Shown: positions 1 through 10,337, counted from the first letter of the stretch. The stretch is DNA of 64,000 nt from an uncultured virus (IMG/VR IMGVR_UViG_3300045180_000051) (IMGVR_UViG_3300045180_000051); one strand, 5' to 3'. Program-made: numbers and translations. The notes: generated by a model from the sequence alone, not told the origin.

Positions 1-1527
1 TCAGGTGATCGTTGGGCCTGCGCTCATCCTATGATCAAAGCCCGGAAATACATCGGCCGTGATCGGCGCGAGCACATTGATTTTCAAGCCTGTGGGATCA
101 AAGTCGATGTCGCAGCGTGCCTTGAGTTCTTCGGCAAGAACAAGTCGGATAAGCCGCTGGCCAAAGCCGCGTCGTGAAGGTCGCGTAACGGAGGGACCAT
201 TGGTTTCCAGCCAACGCATCTGGAATTTCTTTTCGCCCTGATCATCGACAATATCCCAGCTGAAATCGATGCTGCCGTGCTCATTGGACAGGGCACCGTA
301 CTTCACCGCATTGGTTGTAAGCTCATAGAGACCGAGAGAAAGCGAGACCGTTACCCGGTCACTTACAAAGAGCGAAGGACCGCTCATGCGGATGCGATTG
401 CCAAAAGTTCTGTTGAACGGAGCCAATGCGGTATTGGCGATCTGCGTAATGGTTGCACCACCCCAGTCATCTTGCAACAGCATGTCATGCGCCTGGGCCA
501 GCGCATGAAGACGCTCGTTGAACAGCTGGCTTGCCTGTTCGGAACTGTTTGCATTGCGTAAAGTCTGGTTGGCGATGGATTGCACCATAGCCATGGAGTT
601 TTTGAAGCGGTGGGAGATTTCTCTTGTCACCAATGCCTTGTCAGCTTCGGTCTGCTTGCGTTCGGTCACATCCAGCATAACGCCAAGCAATGTCGGATTG
701 TCGCCGAGCAGCGCTTTGGCTCGTGTTTCCACCCAAATGGTCTGGCCGGCTCTGTTTACGATCCGATATTCCATGGAATACGGTTCGCCAGTTAAAAAAG
801 CAGCTTCCGTCTGTTGAATCACCGACATACGATCCTCAAGCGCGATCAGCTCGAGAATCTGGTCAAAATTGATGTGTTCGTCTTCCCTAAAACCAAAAAT
901 TCGGCGGCACTCAGCAGAACCGGTCACGCTCCCTGTCTTCAGATCACGGGTCCAATAGCCGATATTTGCGGCATTCACGATGTAATCAAGATAGTTCTGA
1001 TGCCGTCTGGTCTCACTGGAAAGCGTGTCACGCTCTTGTTGCAGCTCAACCAAACGCTTTAGCTCGAGCGTGACATCGAGTTGTGTGGAAACGAAATGCT
1101 GGATTACACCATCAGAGCTTCTGACTGGTGAAATGTGCAGCCGGTTCCAAAAGGCTTCGCCGGATTTCTTATAGTTTAATATGTCGATATCGATTGAAGT
1201 GCCCGCTGCAATTGCTGTTTTTATTGCAATCACATCCTCTGGATTGGTTCCAGAACCTTGCAGGAAACGGCAATTTTGGCCGATCACCTCATCTGTCGAA
1301 TATCCCGTCAGCAACAAAAAAGCTTTGTTCGCAAAGACAATTGGGTTGTCGGAAAATTGCGGATTGGTGATGAGCATAGGTGTGGGTGTATTTTCTACAG
1401 CCGCCAGAAAAGGATCGGCTTCTTTGGAAATCATGTCTGCAGCATAAAATCTGGATGCTTCCAACTCAGTTGACACGACAAACCCCACCATAAACGCGCT
1501 GTTACGACGCCCACCAGCCACGGGCAA
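1..1527 (-). CDS. LOV-PAS-HWE blue-light sensor histidine kinase (LOV-HK-like); true start may be downstream (~1490 or ~1435)
   Basis: LOV signature GQNCRFLQG, second PAS domain, HWE kinase H-box EISHRFKN and WxExxGP motif. Confidence 0.9.
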   Translation of the reverse strand: MPVAGGRRNSAFMVGFVVSTELEASRFYAADMISKEADPFLAAVENTPTPMLITNPQFSDNPIVFANKAFLLLTGYSTDEVIGQNCRFLQGSGTNPEDVIAIKTAIAAGTSIDIDILNYKKSGEAFWNRLHISPVRSSDGVIQHFVSTQLDVTLELKRLVELQQERDTLSSETRRHQNYLDYIVNAANIGYWTRDLKTGSVTGSAECRRIFGFREDEHINFDQILELIALEDRMSVIQQTEAAFLTGEPYSMEYRIVNRAGQTIWVETRAKALLGDNPTLLGVMLDVTERKQTEADKALVTREISHRFKNSMAMVQSIANQTLRNANSSEQASQLFNERLHALAQAHDMLLQDDWGGATITQIANTALAPFNRTFGNRIRMSGPSLFVSDRVTVSLSLGLYELTTNAVKYGALSNEHGSIDFSWDIVDDQGEKKFQMRWLETNGPSVTRPSRRGFGQRLIRLVLAEELKARCDIDFDPTGLKINVLAPITADVFPGFDHRMSAGPTIT

Positions 1528-1574
1528 AACTAACTGATAATGTGAACCATGGCGAACAAAATCGATTTGAGACT

Positions 1575-1675
1575 TAAAGCAGTTCCAGCAAAAGTGGGAA
1601 CCGGTTTTGCGTCGGATAATGCTTAAAAAAATTCACAGCGGTTCCTGCGGTTCAGTCTTAACTGGAACCGCCGTA
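1575..1675. repeat. Bru-RS/RIME-like intergenic palindromic element
   Basis: ~100 bp with two imperfect inverted repeats (GCAGTTCCAGCAAAAGTGGGAACCGGTTTTGCGTCGGATAATGC; GCGGTTCC...GGAACCGC), resembling recalled Brucellaceae repeats. Confidence 0.6.
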
Positions 1676-1843
1676 AGTATGATTGGGAGCAACCTGACAT
1701 AGGTCTCAACTCACGAGATTGCTTTTCCCTAAATCGTGCCAGTCACTTGTCAGATGTATAGGGTGCTATATATTCCTCACTATCATTCAGCACACGTTCA
1801 TCTAGCATCGATAATGATGTGTGCAGTTGAACTGGAGAACAAG

Positions 1844-2365
1844 ATGATAAACACCTTGAAGAAAATGATGGTTGGCTTAGTCGGCGCAACTTTTATGATC
1901 GGTGCGATGGCACCTGTCTCTGCTGCTCCGGTCCTGCCAACTGCTCAGGTTGTTGATGCTAATAACGTCATGCAAGTGCGTGACCGTTGGGACCGTCGTG
2001 GTCATGGCAATTGGAACGGTCATCGTCCCGGCCGCCCTGGCTGGAATGGACACCGTCCCGGTCCGCGCCCGGGTTGGAACCATCATCGCCCGCGTCCAGG
2101 TTATTGGAATGGCCATCGCGGCTATAACCACTATCGCCATGGCTATCGTCGTCATAATGATGGCTGGTGGTATCCGTTGGCAGCTTTCGGCGCTGGAGCA
2201 ATCATCGGTGGTGCAATCGCTCAGCCAGCACCTCAGCCGGTTTACCGCGCTAGCAATAGCCATGTTCAGTGGTGCTATAACCGCTACAGATCATATCGCG
2301 CTTCGGACAATACGTTCCAGCCATATAATGGTCCGCGCCAGCAGTGCTATTCGCCTTACCGCTGA
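1844..2365 (+). CDS. BA14K family secreted lectin-like protein
   Basis: GGAG RBS before ATG 1844, signal peptide, G/H/R/W-rich repeats, C-terminal [12 protein letters not shown]...[12 protein letters not shown]. Confidence 0.9.
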   Translation: MINTLKKMMVGLVGATFMIGAMAPVSAAPVLPTAQVVDANNVMQVRDRWDRRGHGNWNGHRPGRPGWNGHRPGPRPGWNHHRPRPGYWNGHRGYNHYRHGYRRHNDGWWYPLAAFGAGAIIGGAIAQPAPQPVYRASNSHVQWCYNRYRSYRASDNTFQPYNGPRQQCYSPYR

Positions 2366-2380
2366 TAGAAGTCGAAATCC

Positions 2381-2419
2381 GAAAAAAACAGCCGCCTCAA
2401 AAGGGCGGCTGTTTTCATT
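2381..2419. terminator. Bidirectional intrinsic terminator
   Basis: AAAAAACAGCCGCC-tcaaaag-GGCGGCTGTTTT between convergent genes. Confidence 0.8.
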
Positions 2420-2455
2420 TGAAGGTCAGATTATGACAAGACCATATTTGTGCGA

Positions 2456-4150
2456 TTAGCCGCCCCGCTGGTCATAGCCTTCAACGTCGTCGCCAGTCAT
2501 TTTATGATGTAAGTACTGTTTCAGGCGGTCAATTTGCTCCGCACTCCAGCCATCCACATCGGCGACTTCGATCCAAGCATCGACATAATGTTCGGGTGCA
2601 TAAACGTGGCCGTGTCCAATAGGCGTTGCGGTTGCGAACGCCATATCCAAGGCCAGCTGCAGCATGGTCACGACGGGATACCAGCGTAACTGTGGTGAAA
2701 CATCGGGACCACGCGGTTCGTTCATCCAGTCCGGCTGGCGGTAGAAAGAATGGCTGTCAAAAAACACGACTGCATCGCTGGCATATTGCAGATAGACGAT
2801 GCGTAGCGGTCCCCAACGGTCGCCGTTTCCAGGTGCCTCACCATTCTGGTTCATAAACCGAGCAAAAGAGCCGTCTTTGAAGACCGGCAGCCATTCCGGA
2901 GTGTCAGGATTACGGTCGCGCGTGATTTGCTTCCAGTCGCGGCTAGGGAAGGGAGGACCGCTCCATAATGCGCCGTTGATCGGGTCTGCCAGCATTTCGA
3001 ATAGCGAAACTGATTTCTCGGAATTCATCGCCCCGAGGCTTAAACCATAGAGATAGAGGCGAGGTCGTTTATCTTTTGGCAATGCCTTCCAGTAGTTGTA
3101 AACGGTGGTGAACAACGCACGCGAGGCCTCAGCGCCATATTCCGGCTGAAACAGAAGGGAAAGCGGGCTGTTGAGATAGGAATATTGCATCGCGATGCTG
3201 GCGACATTGCCATCGTGAAGATATTCGAGTCCATCCATGGCCGCAGGATCGACCCAGCCGGTTCCTGTGGGAGTAATGATTACCAGGATCGAGCGATCAA
3301 ATCCGTTTTGTCGTTTGAGTTCATCCAATGCTCGCTCAGCACGCTGCTTGGGGGTATCTGCAACATTCAAACCCGCATAAACGCGGATAGGGTCAATGGC
3401 CGGGCGTTTTGTGAACGATGATATTTCAGCGCCCGTTGGACCCGACGACACAAATTCGCGCCCTGCTCGGCCAAGCTCATCCCATTGAAGCAGTGATGCA
3501 GCACTTCCTGTTTTATCAGCCGCCAAAGGCTGGGGGCGATCAGGCTCGATTAGCGCGTCATATTCGCGAAACGAACGATCAAGCACTTCGAATGTGGATT
3601 GGATCAACAGGCCGTTTGCGATTGTCCAGATGAGGACAACGGTCACTGCAACACCAATGACGTTAGCTACTCTGCGAGGTACGACACGGTGTATTCGTGT
3701 AGAAATAAATCGGCCAAGCCCGATAAGACCGCGTGCCAAGAGCAGAAGGATCAAAAAGGTTATTACAGCTAGTCCGCAGACGCTTGCAGGATAGGCGCTG
3801 GGCACTGGCTCCATGCCCATCACGGCGCGGACTGAATTTTGCCAGCCGGCCGAAAAATAAAGCGCAGCTATAGCAACTGCAAGACAGATAAGGCCAACGA
3901 GTAAATTAACACGGCTGCGCAACCATTCCCCCGGCTCGGGCAGCTCCAGATAGTGCCAGACCCAACGCCAAAATACGCCCAGGCCATATCCAGAACCAAA
4001 TGCGACGCCGCACAATATGCCCTGCATGACATAGGTCCGGGGAACAAGGCTTGGTGTCAGTGCCGCTGCGAACAATAAAGTTCCGAGTGCAAGCCCTATG
4101 CCAGATAGGGAATGCCTGAATCGATAGAATGCATTGGCAACGAAGGACAT
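2456..4150 (-). CDS. Alpha/beta-hydrolase family membrane protein (Abhydrolase_9-like)
   Basis: N-terminal TM helices with LTPSL, PTGTGWVD, nucleophile elbow GLSLGA, GHGHVY. Confidence 0.85.
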   Translation of the reverse strand: MSFVANAFYRFRHSLSGIGLALGTLLFAAALTPSLVPRTYVMQGILCGVAFGSGYGLGVFWRWVWHYLELPEPGEWLRSRVNLLVGLICLAVAIAALYFSAGWQNSVRAVMGMEPVPSAYPASVCGLAVITFLILLLLARGLIGLGRFISTRIHRVVPRRVANVIGVAVTVVLIWTIANGLLIQSTFEVLDRSFREYDALIEPDRPQPLAADKTGSAASLLQWDELGRAGREFVSSGPTGAEISSFTKRPAIDPIRVYAGLNVADTPKQRAERALDELKRQNGFDRSILVIITPTGTGWVDPAAMDGLEYLHDGNVASIAMQYSYLNSPLSLLFQPEYGAEASRALFTTVYNYWKALPKDKRPRLYLYGLSLGAMNSEKSVSLFEMLADPINGALWSGPPFPSRDWKQITRDRNPDTPEWLPVFKDGSFARFMNQNGEAPGNGDRWGPLRIVYLQYASDAVVFFDSHSFYRQPDWMNEPRGPDVSPQLRWYPVVTMLQLALDMAFATATPIGHGHVYAPEHYVDAWIEVADVDGWSAEQIDRLKQYLHHKMTGDDVEGYDQRGG

Positions 4151-4485
4151 GAAAAACCAAAATGCTGGAATGAGTTACACCTATGAGCCTACAGTAACAT
4201 TTCAACAACAGGAATCGCTTTTTCAAAGCTCGAAATTTTTGGCTAGTTCGTCAATCCCGACGCGATTCTTTGTCGTCTCGGATGGGCGGGCGCGGAAATT
4301 TTGTTGATAAATGCACTTTTTGACGGTGGAAAATCGGCGGCGCACCCAGCTTATCGTGGAAATCTGCCGATTGGTGTCGTTTTTTTGAATTTATGTTGAA
4401 GAAACTTGATTTTATGGTGTTGACCATTCTGAAAGTCGCCCGTATGTTCCGCCGCACTTCCAGGGACGATTTGTTCCCCCTCTGG

Positions 4486-4561
4486 GAGCGCGTAGCTCAG
4501 CCGGTAGAGCAACTGACTTTTAATCAGTAGGTCCAGGGTTCGAATCCCTGCGCGCTCACCA
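4486..4561 (+). tRNA. tRNA-Lys(UUU), probable prophage integration site (attL)
   Basis: 76-nt cloverleaf GAGCGCG...CTGAC-TTTTAAT-CAG...TTCGAAT...CGCGCTC-ACCA; phage genes begin immediately downstream. Confidence 0.95.
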
Positions 4562-4610
4562 AAAACCTCCAACAATATCAAATATTTGAGCTTGGTGCGG
4601 CATCGCAATC

Positions 4611-4705
4611 CATGTGCCGCAAATGTTCAGGAATTTCCCAGAAAAACACGCATTTTCAGGATTTCGCGGGGAATCGACGGCACATGGTTTGACACACGGC
4701 ACATG
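4611..4705. repeat. Putative integrase arm-type binding sites
   Basis: ACGGCACATG direct repeats at 4677-4686 and 4696-4705, plus inverted GCGGCACATG at 4611-4620, next to the tRNA 3' end. Confidence 0.6.
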
Positions 4706-4707
4706 AC

Positions 4708-4911
4708 TTAAGCGGCGTGGTCTGCCTCTAGACTTTCCATCCATTTTTTGAGGCTGGATCGGCGAGCAGCAACAGTGCCACCGAGCTTAAAGCTAGGCAT
4801 AATTTTATCGTAGACCAACCGATACGCTTGGCGCCTTGTGACGCCCAGATAGTTGGCAATAGGTTCGACGCCCATAAGCAAATCAGCTTCGTTATCGTTT
4901 TCAGGATGCAT
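4708..4911 (-). CDS. Excisionase-like HTH DNA-binding protein
   Basis: 67 aa, GVEPIANYLGVTRRQAYRL HTH plus wing, adjacent to att. Confidence 0.75.
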   Translation of the reverse strand: MHPENDNEADLLMGVEPIANYLGVTRRQAYRLVYDKIMPSFKLGGTVAARRSSLKKWMESLEADHAA

Positions 4912-4999
4912 GTTGATTCCCTGATTGTTGTTAAATTGTGCGGAACAAAGATTCCTGGTCGGCGTTATCGCGGCAAATTCCCCTTTTAAGGATACGGAA

Positions 5000-5194
5000 A
5001 TGTGGCCGGTAAACAGGACGATTCATAATTTTTACTACCTCTCCGAGCAGCCGAATGGTCTTTGGGCTGTAAAGGAAACCGTCAGTCAGAACCCGGTTTC
5101 TCTCAATGGGCAGCTTTGTTGCTCGCTGAAGAAACGCGACGCTGAAGAACTGATTGAGTATCTGAATGGTTTGGATGAGGCGCTAGCGGCTTAG
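5000..5194 (+). CDS. Small hypothetical protein (family with 5273 and 26605 ORFs)
   Basis: AAGGA RBS; motif Y.L.E..NG.W.V. Confidence 0.55.
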   Translation: MWPVNRTIHNFYYLSEQPNGLWAVKETVSQNPVSLNGQLCCSLKKRDAEELIEYLNGLDEALAA

Positions 5195-5272
5195 TGGGCT
5201 ATTGACCAAACGGGATTTGAAATTAAACTTCGTCTCGTGATTGGAAAGTTAGTCCACATGGAGGGTAGTGGC

Positions 5273-5467
5273 ATGGCTGACCTTAGATATGATGTCCGCA
5301 GAGAGCAGGACGGTAGCTGGACGGTTGTTAATACTAACAATGCTCTGCCAGCAGCCGTGAATGGAACGCTGCTTCACGATTTGTCAGAGGACGAAGCTAG
5401 CGAGATGGCTTATCTGTTTAATCACTGCGACATTCGATGGAATAGGTATCCGATACGTCATCAGTAG
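5273..5467 (+). CDS. Small hypothetical protein (RYDVRREQDGSWTVV)
   Basis: GGAGGG RBS before ATG; similar to 26605..26814. Confidence 0.6.
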   Translation: MADLRYDVRREQDGSWTVVNTNNALPAAVNGTLLHDLSEDEASEMAYLFNHCDIRWNRYPIRHQ

Positions 5468-5608
5468 TTCTGACTAGTCGCTTACGAATTTCTGTGACTG
5501 GCAACGCCAGCTGAATGCGCTCTTGGTTGCGGAATCTATTTCGCAACCAACTTTGTAATTTGTTTCTGTTTCGTTCCTGTTGTAATAGCTCCCTGACAGG
5601 AGAGCAGA

Positions 5609-5872
5609 ATGAGCTACATCAGCACCAACAGAACGATTGGTGAGTGCATCAAGTACGGATACAGGATCACGGCTTACTGCAATGGCTGTCATCACAACGT
5701 TTCTCTGGACTTGCCCGCTCTTTCTGAAAAGCTTGGTGCGGATCACGGCGCAATGCACAATGATCTTGTTCCAAAGCTTCGTTGCGTTGAATGCAGAGGC
5801 AAGAATATCGGTCTTATCTTCACGCATCAGAGCGCCGAGGTTGAAGGCATGGCCAAGTTCCCGAAGTATTAG
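5609..5872 (+). CDS. Small Zn-ribbon phage protein
   Basis: AGGAG RBS; CxxC...CxxC; imperfect GTTT-N7-GTTC box at 5562-5576. Confidence 0.7.
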   Translation: MSYISTNRTIGECIKYGYRITAYCNGCHHNVSLDLPALSEKLGADHGAMHNDLVPKLRCVECRGKNIGLIFTHQSAEVEGMAKFPKY

Positions 5873-5877
5873 GGTCA

Positions 5878-6174
5878 TCACTTCCCCCTTTCTTGCAGTG
5901 CGGTGCGGCGTCTTTGGTGCTGGATGAGCGCGGTATGCCCGCCTTTTACCCATACAGACATTGACCATTCACAACCGGAAGCCAGTCCGACACCATTGCA
6001 CATGCCAATGTGCGTCTCTCGCCCATTGCATCCACAATGACATTTGCGGCGGGAGTTGCGCGGCTCCATGTATCGGGTCTGCGTTTCCGAATTTCCGTAC
6101 TGGCCCCATGATTGGGTGCCTTCCGTCATCGCGACCTTCAACGCCTGTGGTGAGAGTTTTGACAGATCAGCCAT
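5878..6174 (-). CDS. Hypothetical phage protein (Cys-rich)
   Basis: Part of the tightly packed leftward early operon. Confidence 0.6.
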   Translation of the reverse strand: MADLSKLSPQALKVAMTEGTQSWGQYGNSETQTRYMEPRNSRRKCHCGCNGRETHIGMCNGVGLASGCEWSMSVWVKGGHTALIQHQRRRTALQERGK

Positions 6175-6375
6175 CTACTCACTGCCTTTCAGGGCTTGGC
6201 GACGACGCTCAACCATTTCAGCAACTTCTGACAAGTTGTCGTCTGTCATGCAGAAATCACGATCAGGTAAACCCGGAGTTCTAACGAGAACAGTGATCTT
6301 GCTGCCCGATTTGAAGCAACCGAGTATTGCATCCATAGCGTCCGCCGTTATGTGGGTTGCATCTTCCAGCTTCAT
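6175..6375 (-). CDS. Hypothetical phage protein
   Basis: ATGA coupling with the upstream gene. Confidence 0.6.
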   Translation of the reverse strand: MKLEDATHITADAMDAILGCFKSGSKITVLVRTPGLPDRDFCMTDDNLSEVAEMVERRRQALKGSE

Positions 6376-6653
6376 TCGCTCTTCTCCCCTAGTGGGCTGG
6401 CGTTGAGCATGGCTGAAAAAATCTGATCAGCCGAGTATATGCATGACCCGTAGACATGTTCAGAGGAAATGGCTTCTTCTTTTCCAGATTTTTGCATCGC
6501 CTCTGTCGGCTCCTGTAGAGCGGCGAGGATGGTGGAAATGGCGGCTTCTGCATGCCGACGAAAACGCGACGGGTCAGGTATTGGGCTTTCACCATATGCG
6601 TCGGCAATAGCCATTCGATAGCTGACCTCATTAATGAGTTCCTTACTCGCCAT
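6372..6653 (-). CDS. Hypothetical phage protein (start MASKEL)
   Basis: GGAGG RBS; operon context. Confidence 0.6.
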   Translation of the reverse strand: MASKELINEVSYRMAIADAYGESPIPDPSRFRRHAEAAISTILAALQEPTEAMQKSGKEEAISSEHVYGSCIYSADQIFSAMLNASPLGEKSE

Positions 6654-6835
6654 GGCTGGCCCTCCCGCGAACAACGATCTGTGTCTTGGTGCGATAGACG
6701 TAGAGAGGGTTTGAAAACCCATCAGTCGTGAAGATGACGCCGTTTCGTATCCCGATGCTGTCCGGGTGCCGCCTCACGAAATGTGGGGCTAATGAGGCGG
6801 CGCGGCACAGGTCATGCTCATCTACATTCACAAGC

Positions 6836-7195
6836 TTAATTGCCAGCATAGCTGGCCTCCTTTGCGCGCAAGATGGCGATGCAGAGCGCGATGGCAAGAT
6901 TGAAGCCGGTTGCATCGTGTGAAGGTGTGACGCCAATCCGCGCCCACGGCTTGGTCTCTTTGGTCTGTCCCCATCCGATAAGGACGTTAGCGCCCGGCAA
7001 CACCCTCTCAGCCAGCGCGATAGCCGCGTCTACAGAGGCGGTGTAGGCGGGGAAAGTATTTGGCACCACTCTGTAATTGCCAAGTAATTCATGGCCTAGT
7101 TTCATATTTGGCTTAGCGCCAAAATGGATTGAAATCTCTGCATCCACTTCCCTATCAGGCCCGTCCAGCTTGGATAGTCTGTCAATGAGGGTCAT
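6836..7195 (-). CDS. Hypothetical phage protein (ABA-sandwich-like)
   Basis: GPDREVDAEI...PAYTASVDAAIAL...AIALCIAILRA pattern; GGAGG RBS. Confidence 0.65.
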   Translation of the reverse strand: MTLIDRLSKLDGPDREVDAEISIHFGAKPNMKLGHELLGNYRVVPNTFPAYTASVDAAIALAERVLPGANVLIGWGQTKETKPWARIGVTPSHDATGFNLAIALCIAILRAKEASYAGN

Positions 7196-7234
7196 GGCTT
7201 ATCCTCCAAGGCTGCGCGGGCTTTGCGTGGATTT

Positions 7235-7930
7235 TCAAAAACCATCAGCATCCCACTTTACTGTTTTGTTTTTCTCGTTTTCGGCCTTTAGAGCTTCATA
7301 CTGGCCACGCCAATAATCAAGGTCTGATAGTGCATTCTTCGCATTGCCCTTCGCGCCGTTAAGGTCGTGCTCCAACTCCTTAACCCGCGCAGTCAGCGCC
7401 GCGTTGTCGGCTCGAAGATTAACAAGCTCCTGACAAGCCAAGTCCATCAGGGCATAAGCTTCCGGCTGATAGCCAGTAATGCCAGCGCCGATGATCTTCA
7501 TCCACTTATCGAGGTCGCCTTCAAACCTTAGACGCTCCTGCTCAACCTTCGCCGCAATGATGTACTCAGCCTGCGAGCGGGTGACGAGTTCGCGAAGTTC
7601 GTAAGGAATGCCAGTTTCATCTTTCCCGTTCGTCTTGATGAATGATAATTCACTAGGCAAGCGAGGATTGCGCCATTGATGATTGCCGGTTTGAAGCAAG
7701 CAACGCATTTGCGTTTCAACCGTCTCCAATTCCGAAACCGGCGCGGCGGGGCGGGTGTTCATCGGCAAGAGCGGTGCGTTAATGATCGGCGTAGTGTTCG
7801 TGCCAAGCCGTTCGTCGCTGCCACCAAGTTCGGCCATTTGGTTGAACGTGTTTTCCATGTCCTTATTCATTGGATTCACCTGTTTGTTTTGTGGCCCGTC
7901 GCCTGCAAAGATCGTGAAAGGCATAACCAA
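7235..7930 (-). CDS. Hypothetical phage protein with C-terminal coiled coil; start probably ~7870
   Basis: Long ORF in the early operon. Confidence 0.55.
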   Translation of the reverse strand: MVMPFTIFAGDGPQNKQVNPMNKDMENTFNQMAELGGSDERLGTNTTPIINAPLLPMNTRPAAPVSELETVETQMRCLLQTGNHQWRNPRLPSELSFIKTNGKDETGIPYELRELVTRSQAEYIIAAKVEQERLRFEGDLDKWMKIIGAGITGYQPEAYALMDLACQELVNLRADNAALTARVKELEHDLNGAKGNAKNALSDLDYWRGQYEALKAENEKNKTVKWDADGF

Positions 7931-7971
7931 TGGCGACGCCAGACATCCAGATTAGGGAGATGAAGATCAAT

Positions 7972-8202
7972 TCATTCGCCATGGTTGCTGTCTCCTGTCG
8001 GGTGGGCTAGTGCTTTAATGAGAGCGTCGGCGTTGAGGACGGCAATGCTGGCATGGCTATGCGCATCACGTTCGGCATACTGGATGCCGTCAGCCTCGAT
8101 TATCGCGGCCATGAATTTAACGGCGGCGTATTCTCGGAAAGACATGCCAAGCGCTTCAACTGTACTGCCTGCGACGATTGGGAATGCTGGTTTGTCTCTC
8201 AT
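7972..8202 (-). CDS. Small phage protein (PAFP...GMSFREYAA family; related to 59259)
   Basis: Common phage motif GM(S/T)xR(D/E)YxA. Confidence 0.65.
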   Translation of the reverse strand: MRDKPAFPIVAGSTVEALGMSFREYAAVKFMAAIIEADGIQYAERDAHSHASIAVLNADALIKALAHPTGDSNHGE

Positions 8203-8927
8203 TCCGACGCTCCCGGTGAGGCTGGGAGGGCAATCGGAAGCGCCGAGCCTGTCGGCTTTGCAGCTTGTTTCGCGCGGATTTTCTCGACCTTTGTCCAGAT
8301 GCGAGCAAGTTCATCCTCCCCGGCCTTGTTCATATCCAAGCCAGAAGCCAGACACAAAGCAGCAAGAGTGACCATAACGCCGCCGACTTCCTGATGCGGT
8401 TCGCCAATGTCTCGGTTAAAGACGTAATCAACTAAGGCATGGGCGCGGTCGGCGCCGTAACCTATGGATTGAACAAGCTCTAATGCTTCCTCAACGAAGC
8501 GGTCGCAACGCTCAAGCTTGTCGTTGGAGATTTACTCACCGAAACAAGCCAGCATCCAAGGCTTAACGCGATCCTGAAAAGCACCATCCGCTACAGGCTG
8601 AGACGAGAGGGCAGAGTAAAGCGTCAGAATATCTTTTCTTGCATCCTCAAGGGCGTACGTGATTTGGGCTGTGCTACCCTTCATGACATCTGAAGGCTTC
8701 ATACCGCGCCAGCGCTCTATGCTTCTCTCTAGCGCCGCTTCCTCCAACGCCTGCGCACGCGGTGATGGGGCTTTCAGCGCAACCATCATTTCGTAACAGC
8801 CGTTGATGATAACGCTTCGATCATCAGCGCTTACGATAGAAGACACTCCGTCACTGTGACGGTTTCCTGCAAGCCTCGATAGAGCTTTCGTGAGGTCTGA
8901 GGTTGGCGCCTGCTCATTGACCGACAT
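8199..8927 (-). pseudogene. Phage protein with MazG-like C-terminal domain, interrupted by an in-frame TAA at 8532-8534
   Basis: Frame reads ...WMLACFGE*ISNDKLERCDRFVEEALELVQ...EVGGVMVTLAAL... and ends in a TGA overlapping the next gene's ATG. Confidence 0.7.
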
Positions 8928-9096
8928 AACGCACCTCATCACCAACGACGACGGCCCGACCTGTTGCCGCCAGACGGCGAGCAACGGGCAGGGGAACCCC
9001 AGTGCTTCCAACAGAAGCCCGGCCTATGCGCTGCGGGCCTAGCCGCAATGCGTTGAGATAGGCAGCGTCGATACTGTTGCCGCGTTTGTCCATCAC
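8914..9096 (-). CDS. Hypothetical phage protein
   Basis: Coupled to the upstream gene. Confidence 0.5.
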   Translation of the reverse strand: MMDKRGNSIDAAYLNALRLGPQRIGRASVGSTGVPLPVARRLAATGRAVVVGDEVRYVGQ

Positions 9097-9326
9097 GCCG
9101 CCCTCCGCTTGAAAAGACGGCGATTGTCGTTGGCTGGTCGCACACGGCGCATACGGATCTTCTCGCCCGTTTTGCGCGACACGTCATATGCAATGTCTTT
9201 GATCTTTGCGGCAGTCGCCGGGTCACTCACGCGATGCCAACGGGCAATCGAAAGGATTGCTGCTGCTGTGGTGCCCTGAGCAATGAACTCGTCGGCGGTA
9301 AGAATGTGCGTGTGTCTGTTAGACAT
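9093..9326 (-). CDS. Hypothetical protein ending PANDNRRLFKRRAA
   Basis: Preceded by ACACGAGGAG element. Confidence 0.7.
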   Translation of the reverse strand: MSNRHTHILTADEFIAQGTTAAAILSIARWHRVSDPATAAKIKDIAYDVSRKTGEKIRMRRVRPANDNRRLFKRRAA

Positions 9327-9428
9327 GAATAGATGCTCCTCGTGTGGTTTTGGTAAGCGTGACGACCTGTGGCGTGAAAACGCTCGGATCGTCGATGGCT
9401 GGAAATCCTGGGGCGATACGCCCCGTCG

Positions 9429-9629
9429 CTATCTTCTCTTGTCGCGCTCTTCTATCTTTGCATCGATCCACGCTTCCACTTCGGTGCGGACAAATGCGAT
9501 GCGCTTGACGCCTATCTGAACAGGTGCAGGAAAGTGACCTTCCTTCGCCAGCGACGAGATCAGAAAACGCGACATAGTTGTGGCTTCCGTCACTTCGGTA
9601 GGCGACATAAGGCGTGGCTTGTCGTCCAT
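9429..9629 (-). CDS. AlpA family transcriptional regulator
   Basis: EVTEATTMSR...GHFPAPVQIGVKRIAFVRTEVEAWI. Confidence 0.85.
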   Translation of the reverse strand: MDDKPRLMSPTEVTEATTMSRFLISSLAKEGHFPAPVQIGVKRIAFVRTEVEAWIDAKIEERDKRR

Positions 9630-9856
9630 CACAACACCCCCATCGCGCCGACGCCCACAACAACGCAAAACCCAATGACAACAGTCATCTCAACGGCTTC
9701 ACGCGCTGCGTATCGTATCCAAGGCATGGGGCGAGCGTGCTTTTTGGCGCGGTAATCAGGGCGCCGCATTGGCTCATCGCTGCCCGCACGCGCGGCGTCT
9801 GTCTGCAGGTCTGGTTCCATATCGGCGAGCATTTCCAGCAGGGCGCGGTTCATCAC
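9629..9856 (-). CDS. Hypothetical protein with C-terminal TM helix
   Basis: Coupled ORF with hydrophobic C terminus. Confidence 0.55.
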   Translation of the reverse strand: MMNRALLEMLADMEPDLQTDAARAGSDEPMRRPDYRAKKHARPMPWIRYAAREAVEMTVVIGFCVVVGVGAMGVL

Positions 9857-10176
9857 GCAGCCTCCGCCATCTCGTGGTCTTCGCTGGCGATAGTCTCAAC
9901 GCTGCCGGGCATCTCGTCGACGAGTGCCTGATCGCTGGTAGCAATCGCGCCGCTTGTCTGGAAGACTTCGTATGTTTCGCCCGGGCAGAGCTTGGCGAGG
10001 CGCGTCGCCTCTGCCAGTGCTTGCTCAAAGGAGCCGTGTTCATACGGTAGGGTAGTGGCAACGCTAACGCGGCCGGTATGCTTGCCGCGGCGGAATACAA
10101 AGAATCCGCCGCCGATGACTTCGTTCTTCCGAGGTGCTGGCGATCTTCTTCTTCTCGGGGTTTTCGCGTTCGTCAT
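9853..10176 (-). CDS. First gene of the leftward early operon, hypothetical (ends AEAA)
   Basis: ACACGAGGAG RBS downstream of the PL-like promoter. Confidence 0.7.
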   Translation of the reverse strand: MTNAKTPRRRRSPAPRKNEVIGGGFFVFRRGKHTGRVSVATTLPYEHGSFEQALAEATRLAKLCPGETYEVFQTSGAIATSDQALVDEMPGSVETIASEDHEMAEAA

Positions 10177-10241
10177 TGGGTTACTCCTCGTGTTTGGTTG
10201 GTTCAGCAGATCGAGCTGGTGAGGCTGTCTTCGTGCTGTTC

Positions 10242-10300
10242 TGTCACCTATATATGCTTATCAGTCACCGCATGTCAACATCAACGATGACAAAAACACA
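10242..10300 (-). promoter_or_regulatory. PL-like early promoter/operator
   Basis: TTGACA (10273-10278) with TATATA -10 (10249-10254); mirror image of 11343-11400. Confidence 0.75.
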
Positions 10301-10337
10301 TCGACGAAATTCACAGGGTTAACCAAACATGAAGAAT

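Noticed and set aside
1985..2165. GHRPG/WNGH tandem repeats
   Set aside because: Normal low-complexity linker of BA14K-family proteins
8532..8534. Stop-codon reassignment
   Set aside because: Single instance; TAA terminates many other phage genes and neither phage tRNA is a suppressor
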